Positions 20,670 to 30,184 of a DNA stretch of 64,000 nt are shown here, one piece after another. This stretch comes from Parcubacteria group bacterium GW2011_GWA2_47_26 (GTDB taxonomy: Bacteria > Patescibacteriota > Patescibacteriia > GWA2-47-26), in NCBI GenBank assembly GCA_001001705.1, contig LCOG01000002.1, positions 20,056 to 84,055 on the forward strand, in the 5' to 3' direction. The translations under genes were made by a program, and so were the position numbers. The notes below the pieces were generated by a model. The model was given only the letters and a program-made list of their open reading frames with translations. It did no database searches and had not been told where the DNA came from. Within the stretch, counting starts at the first letter, position 1; each line of letters opens with the position of its first letter.

Positions 20670-23267
20670 ATGGAGCTCCTGATGAAGTTTGTGAGCAGGG
20701 CATGGCGCAAGCTGAAACAGCCTAAGGTTTTAGGCATTGTTTTAGTTGTGGCTTTTGCGGCGTTGATTGTTGCACCAGTGTTGGCACAACCAAGAATAGA
20801 CGTCCCCACTCCCGCCGAACCAACTCTGCCGGACTTTGTTGAAAAGACTATTATAGCTTTAGCTCAAGCTTATTTGCGATTGGTTCAGCCTCTGCTGAAC
20901 TCTTTGATTAGCCAAGTAGTTTGGGTCTCTGGCTATAGCGATTTTGTCAATTCTCTGCCGGTCGTGACTGGTTGGGTAATTGTGCGCGATATTGCCAACA
21001 TGTTCTTTATTATTGTGCTTTTAATCGTGGCATTTGGCACAATTTTAGGGCAAGAACAGTACCATTACAAAAAACTTTTGCCAAAACTTTTGCTTTTGGC
21101 CATACTGGTAAATTTCTCGCGCACCATTGTCGGAGTTTTTACTGACGCGGCGCAAGTAGTCATGCTGACTTTTGTTAATGGTTATTCTGCCTCGGCCGGC
21201 GGCAATTTCGCCCAAATGTTTGGAATTACAGAACTGCTCAAAGCGGACGCCTCGTGTCTTCAGCTTACCGCGGGCGGCGCCTTGAATGTTCAAACGCAAA
21301 CAGTCGGATTTTTATTAGCCGCAATTTTGGTAACCATCTCTGTAATTACGGTATTTGTTGTTTTGGCCGTGCTGATTTTACGCGTGATAATGCTCTGGCT
21401 TTTGACTATTTTATCACCAATTGCTTTTTTAACCGGGACTTTTCCGCAAGGGCAAAAATATTATGCGCAGTGGTGGAAGGAATTTACTGATCAGGCCGTG
21501 GTTGGGCCAATGCTGGCGTTTTTCCTGTGGTTGTCTTTGGTTACGGCTGGCGGAGGAAACGCCTATACTATCATCAATACTTCCAACGCCGTGCAATTAG
21601 ATGCTGCCCAGAGCGCGCCAACCGGCTGTACTTCCGCAGGCACAGCTCCCGCCCTCGCCTCCTTTATCATCAGCATCATGATGCTTTTGGCCGGCGTGCA
21701 AATGTCCCAGCAAATGGGCGGGGCCATCTCCGGAGTCGCCGGCCGGGCCAAAGGTTTTGCCACCAAATTCGCCAAATCAGGGTTTGGAGCGCGGTACGCT
21801 TGGAAATATGGGGGCAAACAGACGGCCGGGTTCCTTGATCGCCAGCAAGGACGTTTCACCGGTATTCAGTTTGCCAAGATTCCGGGAAGATTTAAGGAAG
21901 CCTTGAAAGAAAGGCGCGAGAAAAACGAACAGGCCATAAAGGATAGGGGTTATAGATTGGCCGGAGCGGCCCAAAAATATGTGGGAGCATTACCTATTGC
22001 AGGGCGTCCTTTGGCCGGAATATATGGAGCTTTGGCAGCACCTGATGTTTTGGTCAAGAGTTTTTTGACCAGAGGAATTATGGCGCGGACGGCCCGAGGA
22101 TTACAAGGCAGCGCATTGTATAAATTCCGGCATGCTGACAAAGCAGAAAAAGAGCGGAAGCAAGCAGGGGTCATTGATGAAGGTTTGGCAACTGAAAAAA
22201 CACAATATGAAATCAATAAGTCAAATTTAGATGTGCTTGCACAAAATAGAGCTCGGTATGCGGTACTTTCTTCAAGGGCTACGGCTGGTACCGCCCTCAC
22301 CCCTGCAGAGCTAGTAGAACAAGCGGAGTTAACCGCTGCGATTACAGCGGCGGCACCTGATGAAATAAGATGGCGGACAGATACAGGCACATATGAAGAT
22401 ATTTCAGCAGAAAATAGCCGCGCCACAAGCAGGCAAAAATCAGCTCGGCTCAACGCAAGCGCTGCAAAATCAGAAGGAAAATACGCGCGCGGAGAGGTGC
22501 GCTATGATGTGGCGCGTGAAAATGTGCAGTTTCGACAAGAAAGCGAAGCGCAAAAGACCGTAGATCTTACCAGATCCACTAATGAACTGATAGGAGATCT
22601 TGAGCGTGCAGTTGCAAAACGCGACCAGGCTACTGCCGCATTGCTTTCTAAAACAATTGCCCAGCGCGGAGATACTGGAGATATGCTGAAGCGTTTTGGA
22701 ATTACCGCTACCGGCGTAGCGGGTTTGCATGAATATAAAAACAATGTTTTGCGCAAGCAAGCAGGCCTTGATCAATCATACGCTGATAAAACAGCAGTAC
22801 GTATGTCTGAACACGCCTGGAAAGCTGGGGATATGGATTATGGCAATGCCTATAGAGTTGATCCAATTACCAATGAAGTGAAAGAACAATCGGGCGATGA
22901 AGCGGCTAATATTTCTGCAAAGCGCATGGAGGGCAAGAGCATCTCGTCTATTCTTTCTTCGATTAAACCAGGAGCGTTGAGCGAAACTACTTCAGATGGC
23001 AAGGAACGCATGTCCGGAGTAGCCGCGGCATTGCTTGCGCGCACCAACTCCGAATCGCCAAGAGTCTTGGCCGATCTTTTGCGGCGCGGATTATTCCCCG
23101 CGGAAATTATGAGAGTTATGAAAGGGCAATTGGGAGTATTGGAGACATTGGCTAGCGCGGGCACGCTTAGGCCCGAAATTGTAGAGGGAATTAGAACTGC
23201 ACCGGTCGCCCCGCCTGGACTTTCAACCGAAAATATTGTATCGGAAATTTTAAGGGTAAGGTCGTGA
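20670..23267 (+). CDS. Large polytopic membrane protein with long hydrophilic C-terminal domain; VirB6/TrbL-like candidate
   Basis: Signal/TM then at least 5 TM helices, Ala/Lys-rich coiled C-terminus; neighbourhood with VirB4. Confidence 0.4.
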   Translation: MELLMKFVSRAWRKLKQPKVLGIVLVVAFAALIVAPVLAQPRIDVPTPAEPTLPDFVEKTIIALAQAYLRLVQPLLNSLISQVVWVSGYSDFVNSLPVVTGWVIVRDIANMFFIIVLLIVAFGTILGQEQYHYKKLLPKLLLLAILVNFSRTIVGVFTDAAQVVMLTFVNGYSASAGGNFAQMFGITELLKADASCLQLTAGGALNVQTQTVGFLLAAILVTISVITVFVVLAVLILRVIMLWLLTILSPIAFLTGTFPQGQKYYAQWWKEFTDQAVVGPMLAFFLWLSLVTAGGGNAYTIINTSNAVQLDAAQSAPTGCTSAGTAPALASFIISIMMLLAGVQMSQQMGGAISGVAGRAKGFATKFAKSGFGARYAWKYGGKQTAGFLDRQQGRFTGIQFAKIPGRFKEALKERREKNEQAIKDRGYRLAGAAQKYVGALPIAGRPLAGIYGALAAPDVLVKSFLTRGIMARTARGLQGSALYKFRHADKAEKERKQAGVIDEGLATEKTQYEINKSNLDVLAQNRARYAVLSSRATAGTALTPAELVEQAELTAAITAAAPDEIRWRTDTGTYEDISAENSRATSRQKSARLNASAAKSEGKYARGEVRYDVARENVQFRQESEAQKTVDLTRSTNELIGDLERAVAKRDQATAALLSKTIAQRGDTGDMLKRFGITATGVAGLHEYKNNVLRKQAGLDQSYADKTAVRMSEHAWKAGDMDYGNAYRVDPITNEVKEQSGDEAANISAKRMEGKSISSILSSIKPGALSETTSDGKERMSGVAAALLARTNSESPRVLADLLRRGLFPAEIMRVMKGQLGVLETLASAGTLRPEIVEGIRTAPVAPPGLSTENIVSEILRVRS

Positions 23268-23300
23268 TAAGGCGATCCGAAAGACGATCATATTAATTAT

Positions 23301-24512
23301 ATGCCCAACATGCAAAGAATAAATTCAAAAGAATATGCAGAACAAGTAAAAACGACGGCGCGCAACCTAGCTATATTTGGCGATCGTGCCGGCGCGTTTG
23401 AGTTTGCGCGCGCGATTCAAGAATTATTAAAAAATCCGGAGCTAAACGCGGAGGTGCGCCCACTGTACGAAGATGCGGAGCGGGACGCCTTATTTGCCGC
23501 GATTCCTGTGCTTCCGGATCGTGAAGTTTTGCAAGGGCTGGAAAAACATCTTGCGTATTATCTTGGGCAAGAAAATTATGATTTGCTCTCGGTCATAAAA
23601 AGCAAGCTTTCAGGCATTGATATTGTTGAAGAACGTGATGCGTTCCGCGCGATGTTACGCGATTCTTTAATGAACGCGGACGGCAAAATTTCCGAAAAGA
23701 TTGAGTTGCTGGATGGAAGTCAGGAGGGATCCCCGCGTAATTGGCTGTCATATTATTTGCAAACTGTTGGCGGCGTAATTCCCGACACGTTTAAGCGCAC
23801 AGAGTTTATTGCCAGCCGTCCGGTTGAGCATGCAAAACCAGTAGAACAAGCGCGGCTTAAGCGATTGATTGAGTTGTTTGATTACTTGCGGCTTTCCTCG
23901 GCTACGGGCGCGGGTTTTGAGGAGGAATTAGTGGCGGATTTTGACGAGCGGATCATGATTTTGCAAGATGGCAAAGTCACGCAAATTGATCCCAAAACCG
24001 ATGAAATTATGAGCAAGACTATGCCGGCAATGCTCACGGCGTTAAAGCAAGCATGGGCCAGACAAGCCGCGCAGCCGACTGATTTAGAAAAAGAAGCGCG
24101 GGAGCAGGCCAAAAGCCTTAATCCCGCTCAAAGCCAGCAAACAATCGCGGAGATTTTTACAGCCAAGAGTTCTAAAGATCAAAAAAACGGATTAGCGGCT
24201 TTATATGGCGCGATTGGCGGCGGTTTGGATATATTTCTCAAACAGATTTTGCCGACTTTACAAGCTCATCTTAAAGATGCGCCTGAAGCAGAGCGGAGCG
24301 CTTCGCTTTTGCAAAGCGGACTGATTACTCCAGCGGTGGCCAAAATATTCTTGCGGATTTATTTGGAAAAACTTTTGGGTTTTTCTATGGACCATGCCGC
24401 GGCTTTGGTTGGGCGCATGTTGGGCACTTTGTCTCCGGCAGAGCGCGACAAATACTTCAAGGTTGCTTATTACGATTTTGAAAAAGGCTGGTTTGTTTGG
24501 GGCGAAGTTTAA
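23301..24512 (+). CDS. Hypothetical protein
   Basis: Long ORF, no recognisable motif. Confidence 0.55.
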   Translation: MPNMQRINSKEYAEQVKTTARNLAIFGDRAGAFEFARAIQELLKNPELNAEVRPLYEDAERDALFAAIPVLPDREVLQGLEKHLAYYLGQENYDLLSVIKSKLSGIDIVEERDAFRAMLRDSLMNADGKISEKIELLDGSQEGSPRNWLSYYLQTVGGVIPDTFKRTEFIASRPVEHAKPVEQARLKRLIELFDYLRLSSATGAGFEEELVADFDERIMILQDGKVTQIDPKTDEIMSKTMPAMLTALKQAWARQAAQPTDLEKEAREQAKSLNPAQSQQTIAEIFTAKSSKDQKNGLAALYGAIGGGLDIFLKQILPTLQAHLKDAPEAERSASLLQSGLITPAVAKIFLRIYLEKLLGFSMDHAAALVGRMLGTLSPAERDKYFKVAYYDFEKGWFVWGEV

Positions 24513-24619
24513 TTCCATTCAAGGTGCCTCGTTGATTATGTCCGATGAAATTTTAATCAAAGGTACCGATGGCCCGCCTACGTTTCTGCTCCGTTTTAAT
24601 TCCGAGCAATAAAAAAAGA

Positions 24620-24643
24620 CTAGCATACTCGCTAGTATGCTAG
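24620..24643. promoter_or_regulatory. Inverted repeat CTAGCATACT-cgct-AGTATGCTAG upstream of the TrpR/YerC-like gene
   Basis: 10-bp arms; same arms recur at 25305. Confidence 0.5.
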
Positions 24644-24690
24644 GACCATATTTCTAGCGTGTCATCAGATGTGCGCTTAGACTATAGCCT

Positions 24691-25308
24691 ATGGCAAAAT
24701 TTAGTTCCCGACAAAGACTGGACCATAAACAGCGGCAAAAGGTATTGCTCGAGCTTTGCCATGCGTTAGTTGTGGTCAAGAAATTGGATGAAGCCGCTAA
24801 AGTGCTTGGCGATTTATTATCTGACCAAGAAATTGAAATGATTGCTAAGCGTTTGCAAATTGCAAAATTCTTGCTTCAGGACAAGAAGTACGAGGAAATT
24901 ATGGAGCAGTTAAAAGTTAGTGCTACTACTATTGCCCGAGTAAACCTTTGGCTCCAACAGGCCGGTGATGGGTTTCGGATGGTGATGTCCCGTGGGCTCG
25001 CTAAGAACAGTGTCAAGATTCCGGAGTGGCAGCCTCCGGCACGCAAAAGCGAAATGGCACGACGTTTCCCGCTTTATTATTGGCTGCAGGGATTGCTGGA
25101 AGGCATTATCCGCGCCGCAAATAATCGTCAGCGTGCAAAGATGCTGGAGACGCTCAAAGTGTTGAGGGTTTCTGGTAAAGGCAAGCGCGAAGTGTTTCGC
25201 TATGTGGAAGAGCTGATTCATAATCAGCAACGGAGCCCAAATCCGCGTCGTTTGCGGTCACTTGAGCTTGAAAAGGAAATGCAATTGGAGAAAGTAAAAC
25301 AATACTAG
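24691..25308 (+). CDS. TrpR/YerC/YecD-like DNA-binding protein
   Basis: LSDQEIEMIAKRLQIAKFLLQDKKYEEIMEQLKVSATTIARV helix-turn-helix resembling the Trp-repressor-like YerC family. Confidence 0.55.
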   Translation: MAKFSSRQRLDHKQRQKVLLELCHALVVVKKLDEAAKVLGDLLSDQEIEMIAKRLQIAKFLLQDKKYEEIMEQLKVSATTIARVNLWLQQAGDGFRMVMSRGLAKNSVKIPEWQPPARKSEMARRFPLYYWLQGLLEGIIRAANNRQRAKMLETLKVLRVSGKGKREVFRYVEELIHNQQRSPNPRRLRSLELEKEMQLEKVKQY

Positions 25309-25328
25309 CATACTAGCTAGTATGCTAG
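25305..25328. promoter_or_regulatory. Perfect palindrome CTAGCATACTAGCTAGTATGCTAG overlapping the stop codon of the TrpR-like gene
   Basis: Second copy of the same dyad; extends to a 30-bp perfect palindrome. Confidence 0.5.
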
Positions 25329-25472
25329 TATTAGCCAGATCAGATTCGGATCTTGCAAATCTTGTAAAAAAAGGACGGGATCACAAAAAGGCCCTTGCGG
25401 GCCCTTCGGATGAATTATCTATAATTTATAATAACACATGGGGTATAATTGTCAAGGATGGGGTGTGGATAG

Positions 25473-26807
25473 GTGAACACTATGCAAGATGAAATTTTAG
25501 TTAAAGGCACAGATGGGAAGTGGTATCTTCTGCAAGGGGAGGAGTTGGTGCCGTATGGGGCAGGTACGCAGGGACCAGATAAGCAGGCGGCAGGCGTGAA
25601 ACAAGAGTTGCCTAAAGGGGTGACAGAAGAGAGGCATAAAAAATTGGAAAAGGTGACCAAAGCGGTAGAGGAGCCACATGTGGCAAAAGAAATTTTCTTG
25701 CCAGCCGTAGCTACTCCGCCCCTTCCGGCTGTTTCTGCTCCCGCGCTTCGTGACTTGGTCACTGCCGCAGGCGCAACACGTGACCAAGTCACAGCTCCGG
25801 CCTATATTCCGCCGGAGTTGCCCGAATTAGTCGCGCCTGCTTTGGGGCCGGTAACACACGAAGGACATCCTTTATATAAGGAATTGCAGGAGCTTGTGGA
25901 TCAGGTGGTAAGTGAGAGCGCCGAAATAATTCGCGCTCAAGCGCCAGCTTGGGACGAAATTTTGCAAAAACGTTTCCGGTTCGTGATCTCGGCACGTTTG
26001 CGGGATATGCGGGACGCGGCAGAAACCAAAGCCTTGATATTGCGTGATCAGAAGATTGGTGGTTTAGGTTTGCGCGAGGCAGACGCGCAAAAGGTCACGG
26101 AGTTTACCGAGCGCGTTTTTCAAGAATTTCAAAAAAAGTGGCAAGAGTTTGAGGCAAAGCGCATTGAAGAATGGAAGCGCAAGAAGCGCGAAGAAGCGGC
26201 TCATAGCGAAGAAGTTTGCAAGAAAAAAGAAGAGCAGGAGATGGAGGAGAGATACGCCCGCCTTACAGGCGAGGTTGCAAAAGTGGCAGAGGTGGCAAAT
26301 GAGCCAAAGATTAAGGTACCCAAACCTCAAACCTCAAACCTCAAACCTCAAACAGCCCCAAATATTAAAGCTCAAAAGCCAAGGATAATAGAGCAATCCA
26401 GAACATCTGTCACTTCTGAAACATTTGCAACATCTGTGACTTTGCCGCGAAGCAGCAAAGTCACAGATGTCCGTACCCCGCCGAAACTCTTGGGACCGGT
26501 GGAGGAACTGCAAAGCATAAGCCCCCAAGATTTTAGACGGCTGGGCGCGCCTGGCGAGGCAACTGCAAAAATCAAGGCCAAAGTAGATTTTTTGGCGCAA
26601 GAATCATTTACAAAATACAGAAATGGAATCAAGGCTTGGCAAAGTTCGCCACTGCACAGACTGTATTTATTCATTAGCGGAATATCCTTACGGGAACGCA
26701 AGAGTATTGAGCAAGTTATAGGTGATTTACAGGTGCAAAACAAAGACACACTCACACCTGACGAATTTCATGCTATAATGGAGTTGAATAAACAATTGAG
26801 GTTTTAA
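25473..26807 (+). CDS. Hypothetical K/E-rich coiled-coil protein with PQTSNLK repeats
   Basis: Long ORF; contains an in-frame family D element and a 7-nt tandem repeat. Confidence 0.55.
   Translation: MNTMQDEILVKGTDGKWYLLQGEELVPYGAGTQGPDKQAAGVKQELPKGVTEERHKKLEKVTKAVEEPHVAKEIFLPAVATPPLPAVSAPALRDLVTAAGATRDQVTAPAYIPPELPELVAPALGPVTHEGHPLYKELQELVDQVVSESAEIIRAQAPAWDEILQKRFRFVISARLRDMRDAAETKALILRDQKIGGLGLREADAQKVTEFTERVFQEFQKKWQEFEAKRIEEWKRKKREEAAHSEEVCKKKEEQEMEERYARLTGEVAKVAEVANEPKIKVPKPQTSNLKPQTAPNIKAQKPRIIEQSRTSVTSETFATSVTLPRSSKVTDVRTPPKLLGPVEELQSISPQDFRRLGAPGEATAKIKAKVDFLAQESFTKYRNGIKAWQSSPLHRLYLFISGISLRERKSIEQVIGDLQVQNKDTLTPDEFHAIMELNKQLRF
25750..25791. repeat. Family D element within the 25473 gene
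   Basis: GTGACTTGGTCACTGCCGCAGGCGCAACACGTGACCAAGTCAC. Confidence 0.8.
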
Positions 26808-26816
26808 GGTATGCAA

Positions 26817-27020
26817 TCCCGTTAGAAGCCGCGGTCGTTGGTTTGTGGAGTAGATAATATTCATATGCAGAAAGGTCAAATGGTTTTAATAAATAACCTC
26901 GCAGGGCGGGCGACCGCGACCTGTCCCGTTAGAAGTGTTGTTCTAACGGGTAATCAATCAGGAGTCTGGGGAGTGTTCAGTATTATGGGCACTTCTAACG
27001 GGACCTGCTTCTAACGGGAT
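26817..27020. repeat. Family B element (expanded/composite) ending on the ATG of the PrgI-like gene
   Basis: ATCCCGTTAGAAGCCGCGGTCG ... GGCGACCGCGACCTGTCCCGTTAGAAGTGTTGTTCTAACGGG ... ACTTCTAACGGGACCTGCTTCTAACGGGAT|G. Confidence 0.75.
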
Positions 27021-27444
27021 GCAACAATTCGTCGTCCCCCAATTCATTGATGTTGAGGATAAGATCATCGGCCCGATTACCACGCGGCAGTTTATTATTA
27101 TGCTTGTCGTGGGACTGGCAATTTTTATCTTCTATAAAATACTGGCCTTTATTCCTTTTGTAATCTCGGCAATCCTTTTGTTCGGTGCCGGAGGAGTAAT
27201 TGCATTCTTGCGCATTAATGGTCAACCCTTTCATTTTTTTCTGCTTAACGTCTTTCAGACTTCGCGCCGGCCAAAATTAAAAGTTTGGAACAAAGAACTG
27301 ACTGACGCGGAATTAAGAGAAAGATTAACTGCTCCACTGCCGCCGCATCCACTGCCGCCGCCGCGCAAAGAATTGTTGACCACTTCACGGCTGAACGAGA
27401 TAGCGCTGGTCGTGGACACTGGCGGTGTTTATACGCCGGAATAA
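27019..27444 (+). CDS. PrgI/VirB3-like small membrane protein (T4SS component candidate)
   Basis: 141 aa, two hydrophobic helices, immediately upstream of and overlapping VirB4. Confidence 0.5.
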   Translation: MQQFVVPQFIDVEDKIIGPITTRQFIIMLVVGLAIFIFYKILAFIPFVISAILLFGAGGVIAFLRINGQPFHFFLLNVFQTSRRPKLKVWNKELTDAELRERLTAPLPPHPLPPPRKELLTTSRLNEIALVVDTGGVYTPE

Positions 27445-28147
27445 TATGCCCGAAATGCAATCAAAAAAATTAGCCGGAGCCAAACCCGGGCCCGCAGTCC
27501 AGCAGTATCTTGATATTGCGGAAATAAAAGAAGATGTAGTGGTTTTAAAAGATGGAACCCTGCGGGCCGTGCTCGCGGTTGCTTCAGTAAATTTCGGTTT
27601 AAAGTCCGAAGATGAACAAAATGCCACCATCTCCGCCTATGTGCAATTTATCAATGCTCTAGAGCATCCTTTGCAGATCGTGATTCAGTCCCGCAAGCTT
27701 AATATTGATGAGTATATAAATCGCCTGGAGCGCGCGGAGCATGAGCAGACCAATGATCTTCTGCGTCTGCAGATTACAAACTACCGCTCTTTTATTAAAG
27801 AATTGGTTGAACTCGGCGAAATAATGTCTAAACGTTTTTTTCTTGTTGTGCCATACTCGCCATTATCCGATAAACGCAAAGGGTTTTGGTCTAGGTTTTC
27901 AGAGCTTTTGCGTCCGCTAGTTACCGTGCGCATTCGAGAAGAGCGTTTTCGCGCTCATCGCGGAGCTCTTTTGCAAAGAGTCTCACATGTGCAAAACGGG
28001 CTGTCTTCCATTGGGCTGAAATCACAAGCGCTGGATACCCAAGCTTTGATTGAGTTGTACTACAGGGTTTATAATCCTGATATCGCTGAAGTGGAAAAAT
28101 TGCAGGATCTGGCTAAGATTAAGACTGAAGAGTCGTACGCGGTCTGA
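27425..28147 (+). CDS. virB4: VirB4/TrsE/PrgJ-family ATPase, N-terminal portion (split gene)
   Basis: N-terminal domain typical of Gram-positive VirB4 homologues; ends at TGA directly before a family G element. Confidence 0.65.
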   Translation: MFIRRNNMPEMQSKKLAGAKPGPAVQQYLDIAEIKEDVVVLKDGTLRAVLAVASVNFGLKSEDEQNATISAYVQFINALEHPLQIVIQSRKLNIDEYINRLERAEHEQTNDLLRLQITNYRSFIKELVELGEIMSKRFFLVVPYSPLSDKRKGFWSRFSELLRPLVTVRIREERFRAHRGALLQRVSHVQNGLSSIGLKSQALDTQALIELYYRVYNPDIAEVEKLQDLAKIKTEESYAV

Positions 28148-28149
28148 TT

Positions 28150-28235
28150 ATGTAGCATGTAGCCTGTAACATATAACACAAGATTGAAATTGAGTACGCT
28201 CTTGGGTTACATGCTACATGTTATAAGTTTACATG
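28150..28235. repeat. Family G hairpin element separating the two virB4 ORFs
   Basis: ATGTAGCATGTAGCCTGTAACATATAACACAAG...TTACATGCTACATGTTATAAGTTTACA. Confidence 0.7.
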
Positions 28236-28239
28236 ATTT

Positions 28240-30114
28240 ATGCCTTTACTCGGTAAGAAAAAACCCCCGATAGCTATCGGGGCGCCCCAGGTGACTGTGG
28301 CGGCGCAAAAAGCCAAAGCGGCCGAAGAGCGCATCGTGCTTGAAGAAGAGCGCGTATATCGGCGCGGTGTAGTTTCAGTGCGCGATATTATAGCGCCGGC
28401 TTCCATGCAGCTGACGCCTTCTTTTGTGAAGCTGGGCGATGTTTTTGTGCGCACCATTTTTGTCGTTTCTTATCCTCGCTATATCGCAGTGGGTTGGTTT
28501 ACGCCCATTGTTAATTTGCCGGTAACTTTGGATATTGGTATGTTTTTCTATCCGGTTAAGTCCGATGTTATTTTGAAGCAATTGAAGAAGAAAGTCGGCA
28601 CGCTTGAGGCCCAAGTTATTGCTGATTCGGAAAAAGGCGCTCCGCGCGATCCGATTCGCGAGACCGCCTTGCGCGATATTGAAAAGTTGCGCGACGATTT
28701 GACCCAAGGGACAGAAAAGTTTTTCCAGTTCGCTCTTTATGCGACAATTTACGCAAAAGACAAAGCCGAGCTGGAAAAGCTGACCGAGGATATAGAAGCG
28801 CTCTTCGGCAGCAAATTGATTTATTCTAAAAAAGTATTTTTCCAGGCGGAGCAAGGCTTTAATTCCACAATTCCGTTAGGCAATGACGAACTCATGATTG
28901 CCTTTAACATGAATTCCTCCCCGATTGCCTCTTCGTTTCCGTTTATCTCCGCGGATTTAACCTCGGATAACGGCATTCTCTACGGCATTAACCGTCACAA
29001 CAATAGCCTCATCCTGTTTGATCGTTTTTCTCTGCAGAATGCCAATTTCGTGGTCTTTGCCACCTCTGGCGCCGGTAAAAGCTATACCATGAAATTGGAA
29101 ATTTTGCGCTCTTTAATGCTTGGCACAGACGTAATTGTGATTGACCCGGAAATGGAATACAAGCATTTATCCGACGCGGTTGGCGGCACCTATATAAATA
29201 TTTCCCTGGCGGGCGAGGCCAAAGTAAATCCTTTTGATCTTTCGCGCCCGGTTGGCGAAGAGGTTAAGACCGAAGATATAATCCGTTCCGCGGTTATCAC
29301 GATTAAAGGATTGTTAAAAATAATGCTTGGTCAATTTACCCATGAAGAAGATGCCCTGATGGATCGCGCGCTTATTGAGACTTATGCGAAAAAAGACATT
29401 ACCGCCACCTCTGATCTTTCTAAAGTGGAGGCGCCAATTATGTCTGATTTGCAAGAAGTGCTGGAGGGCATGGAAGGCGGGGCTTCTTTGGCCGAGCGGC
29501 TGAAAAAATATACGACTGGAACATTTGGCAGTCTTATCAATAGCCCGACCAATGTTGATATGCGCAACCAGTTAGTGGTTTTCTCTGTTCGCGATTTGGA
29601 GGACGAGTTGCGGCCGATTGCCATTTACTCGTTAGTCAATTATATCTGGAATGTGGTGCGCTCGGAGCGCAAGAAAAGAATTTTGACCATTGATGAGGCT
29701 TGGTGGCTTATGCAAAATGAGGATTCGGCAAAATTCATTTTTGCGCTTGTTAAACGCGCGCGAAAATATTATCTTGGAGTAACAACCATTACGCAGGATG
29801 TAAACGACTTCCTGCTTAATCCTTACGGTAAAGCGATTGTAACCAACTCCGCCCTCCAGTTGCTTTTGAAGCAATCGCCCGCCGCTATCGATCTAGTCCA
29901 GCAGACCTTTATGCTTACTGAAGGGGAGAAATATTTACTTTTGGAATGTGCGGTTGGAGAAGGCATCTTTTTTGCCGGCGCAAAACACGCCGCTATAAAA
30001 GTCGTGGCTTCCTACGCCGAAGATCAGCTTGTTACGACCGACCCTCGCCAACTGCTTGAGCTGGAGGCGGCTAAGAAAGAATTTGAGGAACAAATGATGC
30101 CTAAGGGCCTATGA
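28240..30114 (+). CDS. virB4: VirB4/TrsE/PrgJ-family ATPase, C-terminal ATPase portion (split gene)
   Basis: Walker A FATSGAGKSYTM, Walker B ILTIDEAWWLM, conserved C-terminal motifs. Confidence 0.85.
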   Translation: MPLLGKKKPPIAIGAPQVTVAAQKAKAAEERIVLEEERVYRRGVVSVRDIIAPASMQLTPSFVKLGDVFVRTIFVVSYPRYIAVGWFTPIVNLPVTLDIGMFFYPVKSDVILKQLKKKVGTLEAQVIADSEKGAPRDPIRETALRDIEKLRDDLTQGTEKFFQFALYATIYAKDKAELEKLTEDIEALFGSKLIYSKKVFFQAEQGFNSTIPLGNDELMIAFNMNSSPIASSFPFISADLTSDNGILYGINRHNNSLILFDRFSLQNANFVVFATSGAGKSYTMKLEILRSLMLGTDVIVIDPEMEYKHLSDAVGGTYINISLAGEAKVNPFDLSRPVGEEVKTEDIIRSAVITIKGLLKIMLGQFTHEEDALMDRALIETYAKKDITATSDLSKVEAPIMSDLQEVLEGMEGGASLAERLKKYTTGTFGSLINSPTNVDMRNQLVVFSVRDLEDELRPIAIYSLVNYIWNVVRSERKKRILTIDEAWWLMQNEDSAKFIFALVKRARKYYLGVTTITQDVNDFLLNPYGKAIVTNSALQLLLKQSPAAIDLVQQTFMLTEGEKYLLLECAVGEGIFFAGAKHAAIKVVASYAEDQLVTTDPRQLLELEAAKKEFEEQMMPKGL

Positions 30115-30178
30115 CATGTAGCCTGTAACATGTAGCTCAAGGTCTTGTGTTATATGTTACAAGTTATAAGTTACAAAA
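30112..30178. repeat. Family G element after virB4
   Basis: ATGACATGTAGCCTGTAACATGTAGCTCAAGGTCTTGTGTTATATGTTACAAGTTATAAGTTACA. Confidence 0.7.
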
Positions 30179-30184
30179 ACCCAT

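Noticed and set aside
26866-27018. Conserved upstream ORF inside family B elements terminating 4 nt before the main ATG
   Set aside because: Only the nifS copy has a 22-codon uORF ending TTCTAA-CGGG-ATG. The 26817 copy stops after 7 codons and the 6144 copy is fused in frame to the downstream gene. Not a consistent feature of the family.
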